A DNA stretch of 63,155 nt, the filler included. It is 14 parts of 14 records of this genome, joined end to end, with 100 filler letters (N's around TTAATTAATTAA, not from the genome) between each part and the next. Parts side by side here need not be neighbours in the genome. Positions count along the whole stretch, not along the records: positions 33,181 to 36,815 come from SRR15195285_1979; positions 36,916 to 41,232 come from SRR15195285_1980; positions 41,333 to 46,140 come from SRR15195285_1981; 11 more parts are not named here. One strand, given 5' to 3'. Positions 33,596 through 45,311 of this stretch are shown here, piece by piece. The number at the start of each line of letters is the position of its first letter. Position 1 is the stretch's first letter. Under the pieces are notes generated by a model, which saw only the letters and a program-made list of their open reading frames with translations, was not told where the DNA came from and made no database searches. A program made the position numbers and the translations under genes.

Positions 33596-34675
33596 ATGGG
33601 CAAGAAGAACAAGAAGGACAGCGCCGCTAAGGCGAAGAAGGAGGCGCGGAAGCTCGAGCAGGCGAAGCTGGCCGAGCAAGGGCGGCTGCTCAAGGAGGCA
33701 CGGGAGTCGGACCCCCTGGAGAAGCTCCCCGCGGCGTTCCTGGCGTTCAAACGTGGCGGCGTGGATGCGGTGTTTGAGCACGCGACGATCGGAACGCTGA
33801 GCACGGAGGATAGACTTGCGGTGCGTGCGATCCTGGAGGGAAACGTCGAGTCGGACAGCGAGCTGAAGGTCGAGAAGGCAAAGCTGACAGAGGAGAACAC
33901 GCACCTGCTGCTTCTTCGCGCCACACCGGTTGGGTCTCCTGCATCGTCGCCCATGAAGTCGCCGACCAAAGACGAAGCGGCTGACGTGGCCACAGAGGAC
34001 GCGGACTGTGCTGTGGGAGCGGCGAAGACGGAGACGGACGCCCCGACTACACCCACGAAGATCACATCTGCGGCAGGACCGTCTCCCGTACTGGCTTATC
34101 TGAACTTTCGTTTCGAATTCCAGCACGAGACTCTCATGTGTGCGATCAGCGAGCTGCAAGTGGCCAACCGGGAAGACGTGCGACGGAAGGGCATCGGCAA
34201 ATTTATGCTCATGCTGGCAGAGATGTGCGCGAAAAACGCCGGCATGAGCGGCGTGATGGCAACCGTGCGCCGGGCGAACTCCGACGGCATGGCCTTCTTC
34301 GAGTCCTGCAAGTACACGACGGACAACATCTCGCCGTGCAAGATGGACCCGTCTGCCGACGCTGGAGCATACGGTGTGCATCTGCCGGACGTTGCAACCC
34401 AAATCGCTCTTCTTGTGTGCGAGGCTGCATTGCGCTGTCCTAACTCCCAAGAGCTGTCTGCTGCCGTTGTCGTTTTTCTCACAGATCACGAGATCTACAG
34501 CAAAGTGTGGGATGCTGATGCGCGTGCTGTCATCGACAAGAAGGCAGAGGTGCTGCGTAGCAGTAACAGCGTGGAAGGCAAGGCGAGGGCTGCGATGAAG
34601 GCCGAGAAAGATGCGGCGGCCGCCGCGGTTGATGGCGTTCGATCGGAGATGGGGCAGAACCGGTTTCAGATGTAA
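33596..34675 (+). CDS. NAA40: N-alpha-acetyltransferase 40 (NatD)-like GNAT, divergent
   Basis: DPLEKLPAAFLAFKRGG, AYLNFRF, ELQV...RRKGIGKFM, VMATV..AN...FF, ISP, EIYSK. In-frame 111-nt intron at 34374-34484. Confidence 0.75.
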   Translation: MGKKNKKDSAAKAKKEARKLEQAKLAEQGRLLKEARESDPLEKLPAAFLAFKRGGVDAVFEHATIGTLSTEDRLAVRAILEGNVESDSELKVEKAKLTEENTHLLLLRATPVGSPASSPMKSPTKDEAADVATEDADCAVGAAKTETDAPTTPTKITSAAGPSPVLAYLNFRFEFQHETLMCAISELQVANREDVRRKGIGKFMLMLAEMCAKNAGMSGVMATVRRANSDGMAFFESCKYTTDNISPCKMDPSADAGAYGVHLPDVATQIALLVCEAALRCPNSQELSAAVVVFLTDHEIYSKVWDADARAVIDKKAEVLRSSNSVEGKARAAMKAEKDAAAAAVDGVRSEMGQNRFQM

Positions 34676-34869
34676 TCGAGCAGTTCTGCTCTGTATCGGC
34701 TCTGTTATGGAGTTACATTCTACTGCGACAGACAAGCTTGTAGCCCATCGACGTGCTCTTCCCAATGTTTACAATCGTCACCCTGTACCCTGTCCCGAGG
34801 CTGGGATGAGATTCACTACTAGGTGGATATATTGCATGTGGCCGAAACCGGTTCCGATTTCCCTTTGAA

Positions 34870-36815
34870 TCATGAAACATCAGCACGTCCTCGTCTTGCC
34901 AACAACTGATCGACGATATCTTGCACAACGCCACTGAAGGTAGCTGTAGCTGTCGATGACCCCCGCCCATATTCTCGTCCAGCGGCCACAGCAGCTGCAG
35001 CTGCGTCCTGTGAATTACCAAAACAGTTGCTGCTGACGTGAGCTGCGAACGGAGATCTGGCACGATAATGATCATGGAACGTACCTGCGACCCAAATGTT
35101 TGTTTAACGCCATCTTCTCCCAGCAGGTCTGCGGCATGCGTAATTCCTGACTCCGCGCGTCGCGGCCCAGCAGCCGCCCCAAGTACATCCTCGAAGTGCA
35201 CTGTTGTGTATCGTTCGATAAGCTCACGGACAAGATGCAAAGCTACCTCATGGTTCCGGGGGCTGTCTAACCACTCCGCGAAGTCCTTCCTGATGATCCC
35301 ACTGGCGCCGGACACTGCGGAGAAATCAGCCGGCAGCTGTTGCATCGAGTCGATCTCCATCCCACGTTCTATTGCTTGTCGCTGCGCGCGGCGGATGCAA
35401 TCCGCAGCGATAGTTGCTGTGCGAGTCGGCAACGCCACCTCAAGGAGGCTGTCGACAACAAAATCTGGAAAACAAGATCAAAAGTTGACAGGTGAGATGA
35501 GGGCAACACATTGTACCAGAACAGCTCGGTGCATCTCAACAGCAGCGGGCACTTATTCGCACACAACAAGCAAGGACAGAGTGCCGTCACTGACCTGTCG
35601 AGGCGTCCAGGAGCCGTGCCGACGAGAATAACATGCCTATCTCTATGCACCGCGTCGCCGTGCACGGTTGGATGCAACGTACTAGTGTGGCGATACACAA
35701 CTGCCGAAGTCCGACGTCAAGAAACATCGACGCCGCGTCCAAAACCATCGCATTTACCTCGACCACTTCTTCTAGGTCAGCAGCTGCGTCGGCGATGCAC
35801 GCATTCCCAACCTCATGAATTTTGTCATCAATGTCTGTCACAGATAAACCTGAATACTCCTGAAGCTTGCTCCCAAGGATAACATGTGGAGCTACGGCCG
35901 CGCACAGGTCGGCGCAGGCGTTTACTGTCGGCAGCACCGTCGGAGTAGCATCTGTGTAAATGTGCTCCAGCAACGCATGGAACACCCAGGGCTGCAACGT
36001 CACTGGTATCACGCCCTGCGCTCCACTTGCCATGGTAGGCACCACAGCATCGTTCCCATCGGAATGGCTGTAGGCAGACCAGTCGCCACCGAAGAGCGCT
36101 CGGAAGTACTCGCTGCGTGCAGCAAGCACTGCACGATGGCAGTGAAATTGCTGCGAGCCTCCGCTTTGGCCTTGGACTACAAACACAACATCCGAATAAT
36201 GACGGCCAATTCCAATGTTATCTCCATCACAGGTAGTTGAGGAACCCACTTTGTCTGGCGCCACACTTGTTGCAGATTGTTCTTGTTCTGGTCGCTCACC
36301 GTCGAGCAATGGCGGCAACAACTTTGAGAAGGACTTTCTAAGCTGACTACCCGTGGTCTCGCCACCAGGCTTCACCATGATTCGAGTGATGTGGTTGCTG
36401 CGACCCTGGATCTGCCGCAGGTGCATCATCACAAGTTTCACCTCGCGCTTCACTTCTTCAGCCAACCGATCGAGTCCGCACTGCTCTGCTAGCTGCTGCA
36501 CATCATCCGCTAGGACAAGGTCAAAATTTGCGCTGTCTGTGTACAGGTACTCTAGTACTACACCGAACGCGTGGCCTCTTTTGCCGGTACAACGTGGAAG
36601 CAGCTTCCGAGAGCGCTGACGCCATGCAGTGCGAAATATCCGATCGAAGTAACTGCAGCGCGCTGCGAGTACACAGCGGTGCACGGGGGCATCTGGAAGG
36701 CTTGGGCGCTGGAGCAGGAAGTCTGAATGGCAGTGGCCATCAGCGCCGCTCGGCTGCTCGCCCGCACCCTGTAGTCAAACAGCGCGGAATCAGTCCCGTG
36801 TACAACTTGATATTA
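34870..36815 (-). CDS. Double BTB/POZ protein, ABTB1-like (5' truncated, spliced)
   Basis: HRCVLAARCSYF...LEYLYTD; SDVVFVV...FHCHRAVLAARSEYFRALF...LEHIYTD. 3' end is approximate. Confidence 0.8.
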
Positions 36816-36915
36816 NNNNNNNNNNNNNNNNNNNNNNNNNNNNNNNNNNNNNNNNNNNNTTAATTAATTAANNNNNNNNNNNNNNNNNNNNNNNNNNNNN
36901 NNNNNNNNNNNNNNN

Positions 36916-37396
36916 GCAGCAGCAGCAGCAACAGCAGCAGCAGAAAAACCCGCACCTGTCGTTGGCATTCGACCGCCTGGGTTCGCTGAGCTGTCCAGAC
37001 ATCATCGCTATCATTGATGAGGAGCTTAGATACACTTCCTCGCTGCCTTGTTTTAAGATTGCAGCTGCGATAGTGCACGGCACCGCGAGTTCTTCTGAGA
37101 CTACAGCTAGCAGTGCCAATGCCGAGAATACTATGCATACACGTGAGCTGTCATCTCTGCAGAATGGCATGAGACGGTGCGAAGTCTGCGATACGATGGT
37201 GCGTGAAGGGCAGTGGGAGCAGCATTTGAATGGGCGTCGCCACGCGATCTCGCAGGCCAGGGCAATAGCAACCGCACACGCAAACGCGGCGGCGGTAGCA
37301 CAGAAAAGGCAAGACCTGAAGCAAGCGCTCCTCAGTGCAAAGTCAAAAGCTCAAGCCAAGGCTAAAGCCAAAGCAGGATCTCCCGCTACGGCATAG
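36916..37396 (+). CDS. 3' end of a protein with U1/matrin-type C2H2 zinc finger
   Basis: CEVCDTMVREGQWEQHLNGRRH. Confidence 0.6.
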
Positions 37397-37504
37397 CTGT
37401 GTGGTATGAGGAGATGAGTGGCCCGACAATTGCTAAATGTAGATAAAATGGGCCTTGATTACCGTTGCTGAAGGCACAATTAGCGAGCTCATGGCGTTCC
37501 ATCG

Positions 37505-40500
37505 TTAGCTTGTTTGCTCCTGCAGGGCCTTTTCTATTGCTGCGTGCGCCTTTCTGCCCAGTTCTGCGAGCACAACCGCTTTCTCTTGCTGCGTCATGAC
37601 GCCAGAAGAGGAAGACCCGTTGGATAGGCTGCCTGCCATCGCGGCGATTTGTGCTTCTAGTCCAGCAGTCATGCTTTCGATTATGCCGTGCGCGGCACTG
37701 CCAGGATCAAGCGATGACGTCGCCCCGTCTCCACTTGATGCCAGCGTCATGGGCATGGTAGTTGATCGTATCCGCTGCTGCGGTGGTGTGAACGGAACCG
37801 CGCTACATCCGCCGCCGTCAGCGGAGTCGAGCGACGCCCCGAGCAGCGAGGCCATGCTGCCGCGGAGGCCAGCGCCGCTCCCGACTGGCGACTTCACCTT
37901 CTCCTTGTGATTGAGGTAAAACGTCGTGGAGGGTCGTAGTGGCACCGGGGTGCCATAGATTTCAATGGCGTGACAAGACTGGTAGCCATCGATAAAAGGC
38001 AGCTCGCTGGGCTCGCATTGCTGCAATTGGTGCCTGCTGTAGACCGGAAAGTCGTCCACCGCCATCGTGGGGAAGTGCTTCTCGTTCCTGTACATCCGAA
38101 CTTTCCACGACATCGTCATAGTCGCCTCCAGACTAGCCACCTCATCCGGCCTGTCGGGGTCCTCAGGCAAGTCAAAGTTCTCTCGCTCCACCTCCATGAC
38201 TATACCATACTCCTCAAAGCTAGCTCGAATATCATCCTCAGTCGCAAACAGCGGCGGTCGAATTCCTGTGAACTGCACTAGCTCCCCCTGGTTCTCGCGC
38301 ACGACCGGGATGATAATGTCCTCCTGGACACCTACGCAGTCCTCGTCGTCCTTGGAGATGTAGGTGAAGCCAAACTCCAGCAAATGGTTGAGCTGAGCCT
38401 CGCTCCTCACTCCAACCAACCAGTCCGAGGGCGGGAACCGCGGCTCAACAGAATGGAGCGTGGCCTGATCAGGCGGCGTCTCCATCTGAGCGAAGTCAAG
38501 GTCGTATATCTTACGGATCCGGTTGAGCATTCGGTGCACATGGTCGGGATTAGTGATGTCGATGTCCTGTGCGATCTCACGCAGCCACGCTGGCTCAGGG
38601 CGGCCATTGATCAGTTTGCCCTCGGGTGCACCCTGCAGCTCCTCAAACCACTCCGCCACGCGAATGCGGGCTACAGCCGCAAATGGCATGTTGTCCATCT
38701 GCGTGGACTGGTTATAGCGGGTGGAGATGATTTCCACGATGTAACCTGTGATCGCTTCCATCAGCAGGAAGACCACCAGCAGCAAGTACGTGACGACGTA
38801 TACATAGGTCCAGCTGCCCGCAGGACCTTTGGTCGTGACGTCCATCATAGAATTCAAGTCGTCCTGAAGCATCACGTTGAAGCACAAGGTCCGTGCGGCA
38901 TCGCCGAGCGAGCCCCACATCGAGATCAGCGCTTCCACACACTCCTCGTCACACTTTGAGCTGTCGATCGCGTCGCGGTCCGTCTGGATAGACGGGTCGA
39001 TCTTGAAGGTCATCACACCTATGATCGCAAAGGCGTACGTGCCGACAAAGACGAGCACAAAGATCCAGAGCACACCGGAGAATGCTTTGAGGAGCGAGGA
39101 CGTCAGGGAGCGAAGCTTCTTCACGCGCGTCACAATACGGGCGATGCGCAGGATGCGCAGGATCGAGGCGATGTGGCGGAGTGTCTCGAGCCACCCATGG
39201 TCTGCCAGTCCCGGTTGCCCAAGGATGGAGTAGGCCGCGATAAAGTAAGTCGCCTGCACTGTCATCGACATCGCCACGACGGTAAACTCGAAGATCACTA
39301 CCAGCAGGTACTCCGAGTGGAGGAAGTTGTAAGGGATCTTCTGCTGCTGGTGGTCCTCGGCATTGCGATTATCCTCGTACTCTTTCCGCAGCTGCGCGTT
39401 CTTGAAGTTGGCGGCGGAGACCGTGCGAAACCAAGGCCACTCCGCCGAGCGGCAGTTCTTGCGAAACGCCTCGAGGCCCATCTTGCGGTAGCGGCGGTTG
39501 TAGTTGCGCAGGGTGTACGCGAACATGTTGCGCATTCCCCAGTACTTGAGCAAGAGCCGCCCGAGCAGCTCGACGAAGAAGATCAGCAGCACCAGGAAAT
39601 CGACGCACAGTGTCGTCGTGTAGATCACCTTGGCCGTGTCCGCCCACGAGCACGGCGTCTCGCCGCTCAGGCTGCCGCTCGTCCGCCAGGAGTCATCCTG
39701 CTCGATGCACGGCCGGATGTACTCCTCGCGCACGATGTCCACCAGAAGCGAGAACAGGATGAGCGCCGAGATCCAGCCGTCCACCGTCTCGAGCGGCGTG
39801 AAGTTCATCGAGCAGAGGCGCACCTCTGTGCCGCTCGCGCCCACAGCCACGCGGCCTAGCGCCTTCTTATAATCGAGCATGGTGTAGCTGACCGACAGGT
39901 CCAGCTTGCGCGAGACCCCGCCCGGGGCGCCGGGGCTGAGCCACTCGCCGCACTCGAACTCCCAGACGTGCCCCGTGCACGGGTCCTCGACGGTGACGTT
40001 GTCCACGTGCCAGGCGGACTCCTGGCTCTCGCCGTCGTGGCGGATCGAGACGGCCTCGATCTTGCCGCCCAGCTCGCCGATGTTGACCTTGGTGGGGAAC
40101 TTGCCCACGTGGCCCGGGCCGAAGTCGTGGATGCTGTGGCGCGGCAGCAGCATCTCGTCGCTCTTGCCCTCGGCGCCGTAGAGAGTGCACCAGACCCGGG
40201 CGTCCGTCCCGGGCGCCGGCGTCCGCGGCGACTCCGCGCTGGTGCGGACCGTCACGACGAGCGAGCCGCGCTTCGTGACGCCCTGCCCCTGCCCAAGGCT
40301 GCTCATGTCGCGCGACGACGCCCAGGCGCTCGCCTGCTGCCGCGTCAGGCTCGCGGACGTGCGCGGCGAGCCGAGCGAGTTGCGGAGCTCCGTGCCGGCG
40401 CCGAAGTCGCGGCGCCGCTCTCGCGGCGGCGTGCCCACCGGGCTGCGCCCGCCGTCGAGCATCTGCGGTAGCTCGGGCTTGTTCGCGCCGAGCGGCGAGA

Positions 40501-40630
40501 GCAGCGCGTTGGGGCGGCGCTTCTTCGTGACGCCCTCGGCCCCCACCGAGGCCGCGCTAGCGTCGATGAGGTTGCTGCGCTCCGCCAGCGGGCTGCCCGG
40601 CGCTCCCGGCAGCGCTGCGCCCGAGCCCAT
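37505..40630 (-). CDS. PLAT/LH2 domain + single-domain 6TM voltage-gated cation channel
   Basis: PLAT: GTDARVWCTLYG..G...IRHDG...WHVDNVTVED...WEFECGEWLS. S4: ILRILRIARIVTRVKKLR. S5: YAFAIIGVMTF. Pore: WGSLGDAARTLCFNVMLQDDL. S6: YVVTYLLLVVFLLMEAITGYIVE. Confidence 0.85.
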   Translation of the reverse strand: MGSGAALPGAPGSPLAERSNLIDASAASVGAEGVTKKRRPNALLSPLGANKPELPQMLDGGRSPVGTPPRERRRDFGAGTELRNSLGSPRTSASLTRQQASAWASSRDMSSLGQGQGVTKRGSLVVTVRTSAESPRTPAPGTDARVWCTLYGAEGKSDEMLLPRHSIHDFGPGHVGKFPTKVNIGELGGKIEAVSIRHDGESQESAWHVDNVTVEDPCTGHVWEFECGEWLSPGAPGGVSRKLDLSVSYTMLDYKKALGRVAVGASGTEVRLCSMNFTPLETVDGWISALILFSLLVDIVREEYIRPCIEQDDSWRTSGSLSGETPCSWADTAKVIYTTTLCVDFLVLLIFFVELLGRLLLKYWGMRNMFAYTLRNYNRRYRKMGLEAFRKNCRSAEWPWFRTVSAANFKNAQLRKEYEDNRNAEDHQQQKIPYNFLHSEYLLVVIFEFTVVAMSMTVQATYFIAAYSILGQPGLADHGWLETLRHIASILRILRIARIVTRVKKLRSLTSSLLKAFSGVLWIFVLVFVGTYAFAIIGVMTFKIDPSIQTDRDAIDSSKCDEECVEALISMWGSLGDAARTLCFNVMLQDDLNSMMDVTTKGPAGSWTYVYVVTYLLLVVFLLMEAITGYIVEIISTRYNQSTQMDNMPFAAVARIRVAEWFEELQGAPEGKLINGRPEPAWLREIAQDIDITNPDHVHRMLNRIRKIYDLDFAQMETPPDQATLHSVEPRFPPSDWLVGVRSEAQLNHLLEFGFTYISKDDEDCVGVQEDIIIPVVRENQGELVQFTGIRPPLFATEDDIRASFEEYGIVMEVERENFDLPEDPDRPDEVASLEATMTMSWKVRMYRNEKHFPTMAVDDFPVYSRHQLQQCEPSELPFIDGYQSCHAIEIYGTPVPLRPSTTFYLNHKEKVKSPVGSGAGLRGSMASLLGASLDSADGGGCSAVPFTPPQQRIRSTTMPMTLASSGDGATSSLDPGSAAHGIIESMTAGLEAQIAAMAGSLSNGSSSSGVMTQQEKAVVLAELGRKAHAAIEKALQEQTS

Positions 40631-41379
40631 CGTAAAAGATCGCTCCCCGGGTGGCTGGCTGGGCGGCTGGGTAGCTGCAAGCTGCTGCGGGTGCGCCGCT
40701 CCGCTGGTCGACTGCCGCCGCCGCCGCCGTTGAGCAGCGCCTCTCCCTTTGGTGGGTGGCTAGGCCTAGAGCTAGCTAGCTGGGGACTGTGTGCACCTGC
40801 TCGTCCCGCGCCTCCGCAGAGCTGCTGCCCGTGCCGTCTGCTGTCGACCGTCTGGTATCGGCAATGGGCGCAGAGGTTATCACTGCCGTGGAGGCAGCGA
40901 TCAGCCCTCCCTCCTCCTCCTGGTGCCGCCGCTCTCTCTCTCTCTCTCTCTCTCTATGGGGATCAATAATAGAGTGTCGGTCCGCCCCGCCGTGGCCGTG
41001 CTCGAGCAGCCCAGCCCCCCTACTGTAGTGTAGCGTGTGCAGAGAGTGTGTGTGCACAGCGTTAGCCGCCGCACGCTTGCAATTGCAATTGGTGCCGCGC
41101 TGTGCTGTGCTGTGCTGTCGATTCTTGATTGTTGATTTGTGATTATACTTTATTAATATAGCGCTGTGATACATGATCATGTGCATTTTTTAATCAATGC
41201 AGCGCCCGTTCTCGAATCAGGGGTTCGGAGGGNNNNNNNNNNNNNNNNNNNNNNNNNNNNNNNNNNNNNNNNNNNNTTAATTAATTAANNNNNNNNNNNN
41301 NNNNNNNNNNNNNNNNNNNNNNNNNNNNNNNNTTAAATACACTCCGGCGCTTGTATATTCATGGTACCTCCTGCTGCGC

Positions 41380-42052
41380 CGCGTACTGTACTACTACTAG
41401 TACTGTACGTAGGAACATGCTACAGCAGTACTATGTAGGAATTTTCCTAGTACCGGTGGCAGTAAGGAAACGCATGTGTACTCTGATCTATTTTAGTACT
41501 GGCAATAGCTATCGGTGTTACAATACTAGTACCAGTACCAGTACCAGTAGCAGTACTGTACCAGTAGGAAGTTTCTGCTACCAGCAGTGGTGTACTGGTT
41601 CGATTGTACCGGTACGTGCCGGCAATCGTACGTGCAGGGTACTAGATCTAGTACTGGGTACTATATAGATGCATTAATGGTACGTACTCGTACAGCTTCT
41701 ATAGCATACACGTACTGGCAGCATCAGTACAGTACTAGTACGGTACTACTTTGTACACTACATGTACGGTACTGTCTGAGCTACTCCTTTCATTGTGGTA
41801 GGTAGCGGTACACGTACAGCTGTAGTGGTACAGTACGTACGGTTGTGTTTCTAATGTAGAAGACCACACCTGTACAGCTGTAGTACTACCAGTACCAGTA
41901 GCTACCACTGGTACGACAGTACTACCAGTACTATTACTAACTATTCATAGCTGTAGTACCGTAGAAGTATTACCATACTGTGTATTCATACTAGTACATA
42001 CTAGTACATGGTACAGTACAGTACGTACCACTCTTGTAATGGAGAGTACAGT
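41380..42052. repeat. GTAC/TAG/CAGTA-rich low-complexity tract
   Basis: Dense AGTAC, GTACT, CAGTAC and TACTA words; lower GC than the flanking genes. Confidence 0.85.
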
Positions 42053-42281
42053 AGCTTGCATCGGTTGGTTTTTGTCACTCTCGAGTGCATCGCGCCAATA
42101 AACATTCCAAACAAAATGACTCTTCTCGTAGACTGGACTGAAGACTCGACGGGCCACAACGCGGCAGAGGAGCAGTGCCTAGGGTCCTGCTTGGCCTGCG
42201 AGGAGACGCACGCGCCGCCCACGGGCGTGGGGCACGTACCCGGGGACCCTGGCCGTGAGCAGGACCCCGGCCGGGTTCCCG

Positions 42282-44929
42282 ATGCCGTACGTGGCCAACG
42301 CGTACATCGAGCCGAAGCTTTTCTATGCGATTATTGGGCTAGCCATCTCCAATTTGATCGCATTTGGCGTCATGCTAGCGGTGTTGGCCGCCACAAGCGA
42401 CGACTCAGGCATAGACAGCTCTGGGGCCGTAGCGTTGTGCCGGGAAAGCTATCCATTTTCCATCGATGGATCGGATGATGAACACGTTTGCGAGGACGTC
42501 ACGCGTGCATGCAGCGCAGGGACCAAAGTCGCTCGCTGCTTGGACGACGACACTGCCTGCTTGGCGGTGATGACGTCTGGTAGCGACGAGTCCAATCAAC
42601 AGCAGGCATGCTATTTCACACCTGCCAGTGTCACTGCCAGTGGGGTGTCCACTGCACCACCGCCGCCGCAGCAGCTGACGTGTCGGGATTACGACCAGCA
42701 AGCGGGCAGCCAACCTTTCCCGTGTCCGCTGACACCGGGCACAGAGTCGACACCCACCCTGTCGACGGCGCCGGTTCTTCGGGGGGACGCAGCATCGATC
42801 ATCTGCTTGCCGAGCGAGACATACTCGTGCAGTTTTGAACTGTGCTGCACAGACCTTCCGCCCCCGATGACTTGCTCTGATACGAACGGCAACGGACTAA
42901 CCGGAGAGGACGGTGATATGTTTGACTGCCGTGCGGAGTGGAGAGCCACGCCAGATTCTCCAGCTGTTATCAGCAGCTACAATGTTGACCCAGCAGCTCC
43001 GTGCGACAGAAACGCGGGCGGGTGTACTCCATACGCCTGTTGCGTGACCCCGCCGCCGTTGGTCGAAGTTCATGACACGGAAGCATCAGCCTACCCAAGT
43101 GTTGCGGTGCGTCGCTGCTCGGCCTTTACTGTGTACACTTTTTCTGTTGTGACACCTCGTGCGTGTAGGTGGAAGAATTCTACGCAGGCTTGGACACGAA
43201 AAATCTGACCGCGATGGACCTCAAGGTCTCTAATGAATACCAGGTACGATGCACGCGTACTCTCACTGCCTGAATCGGGTGCTCACGCACTTCGCGCTGC
43301 AGGCAATTTTCACCGAAGGGTGCGTTGAGGTCGGAGGCGGCTCGCACTGTGGTGCAGGTGCGGCAGCAGCATTGGTGCACTCTGCTCGTCGCATGGTTGC
43401 CCATGCGCCTGTCTGATCGCGGGCCTGGTTGTTGCAGCGACGTACGACTTGGAGCAGCTCAACAATTTCGTTCAGGACCATCCAGCTCGGGCGACGGAAT
43501 TTGGAGCTGGAAATGAGTGGGACTCCGTGAACGGGGGGTCTCGAAGAACTCTCGTTACGACAATGGACAACACTAATCAATGTGTTTATGCAGCCTCAGG
43601 CGGCTGTGGCGTAGTGATGGAGGAATACATTGTGCAGAAGTCAGCCGATTTCCCTGCGGTGCGGTCTGCCGCGGTGCACAAGGTGGAGGGTGGGTTGATC
43701 AAGGAAACGATCTGGTACACTAACGCCAGAGGCAAATCGCAGAGAGTCGAGGAGTTCTATAACAAGATGAATCTGTGTGGCTCAGACAACGCAGCTGCCT
43801 GCAATGATTTAGACCAATTTGTGGATTCGGACTACATCGCGATTTTCAGCCCGACCGGAGTATCCAGTGACAGCAATTTCAGACCTGCGGCAGTCGGCGG
43901 TTTGCGCAAAATTACCACCTCACCTGGGGAAACGATGGACCTTGATGAGCTTAAGGCATTCTTGCAGTCAGCACCTGCGCGATGCGCAGCCGGTAGTGCT
44001 CCTGGTGTTGCCGGGGATTGTCAGGTGAACGACAAAAGTTCATATGACCAGCAAGGCAACTCGGTGGTCGAAACCTACAAGAGAACGGTTGTGGACACAG
44101 ACCTCACAAGTTTACCCGACGTCGAAGGAATTACGGTCAATCGGTTCATCAACAACGCTGCGACCACCAGCGGGGGTCTAACTGGTCAAGCGAAAATCGT
44201 GGAGACGTACTTCTACTCACAGCATGCTGACGAGCAGTGTTCAGACGCTGGCCGGGCGCGTGTGTCCCGGTTGTTTTTGGAGCTTATCGATCGCCTCTCG
44301 GTGCTGAGCCCGGGCAATTGTCCCCAACCCCCGGCTGTCTGCGATGGGACTCGTGGGGGGTTTATGGCTGAGTTTGATGAACTGTACTGGCACGACGGGG
44401 ACAACCGCGAGGGAACATTCACAGCTGTGATCACGAGTGGAACACATACGCTTGGTTTAGGCATTCGGTGGTCAAGCTACAGCAACAGGGTTTACGACGA
44501 AAGTTCTTTCGCGGCCCTGATCCAGCACACACAAGCTTCAGCGGGACTTGGAGTGGATGCTGCCGGACGGGCAGTCAGCTACGAGTATTGTGTAACACAG
44601 GCTGAAGCAACGGTCGAAAAGCCAGCCCAGTGGTGGCAATGTCTGACAAGGCAGTACCTTAGCCAAGGTGACAACGTGTTTGTTCAGTACCAGGTGTATA
44701 CCGGATCCCGGAACAGCCCGGAGGACCAACCCCCGAACGAGCTGGGTGGAGTCTTGCTGACTTTTGACGAGGAAAAGATTGCGCAGGCCTACTGGTGCGA
44801 CCCCCTTGCCCTTCTTGTTTCGTTGCTGCTACACCCGCCCGCAGCAGCAGCTTTCACCCAGTTTGCACGCCTCAAAGTAACGGTTTCTACTACGCGGGGC
44901 TGTTGCATCTCGTCAGGTTTGCCATGTGA
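42282..44929 (+). CDS. Type II membrane protein with Cys-rich stalk and three SnoaL/NTF2-like repeats (spliced; 5' end uncertain)
   Basis: TM LFYAIIGLAISNLIAFGVMLAVLAA. Repeats start VEEFY/VEEFY/VSRLF and end GLIKETIWY/AKIVETYFY/EKIAQAYW. Introns near 43107-43168, 43244-43302 and 44796-44916. Confidence 0.6.
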
Positions 44930-45311
44930 GCCGTCTGTTGCGTGACACTCCTGCTGGCATTGCGTGCATCAAGTAGCAGTGCGTTTCATTCGGTGCACAA
45001 TGCATTATTCGCTTATATATGTACCACTCTCAATTATGCATCACTTGTGTGTGACTCCCGGAGCGGTGGGAAGACGGCTGGATGCCATGCACTTGAATCG
45101 TCAGTTTCGCAACAGGACGCTGCACGACTCTGCTGCAGCAGCGTTGGCGGCCGCGGCCACAGCACGAAGCGGCTGCGCCAGCGATGCTGGCGCACTATCA
45201 ATCTCGCACCCTGCTGGGCCTTCTCTGCCACGCTGCACGTTTTGCGACATGGTCACCTGGCGCTACAGAGGCCCGCTCTGTGGCGCCATGCCTAGCGGCC
45301 GCTCTGCTGCA

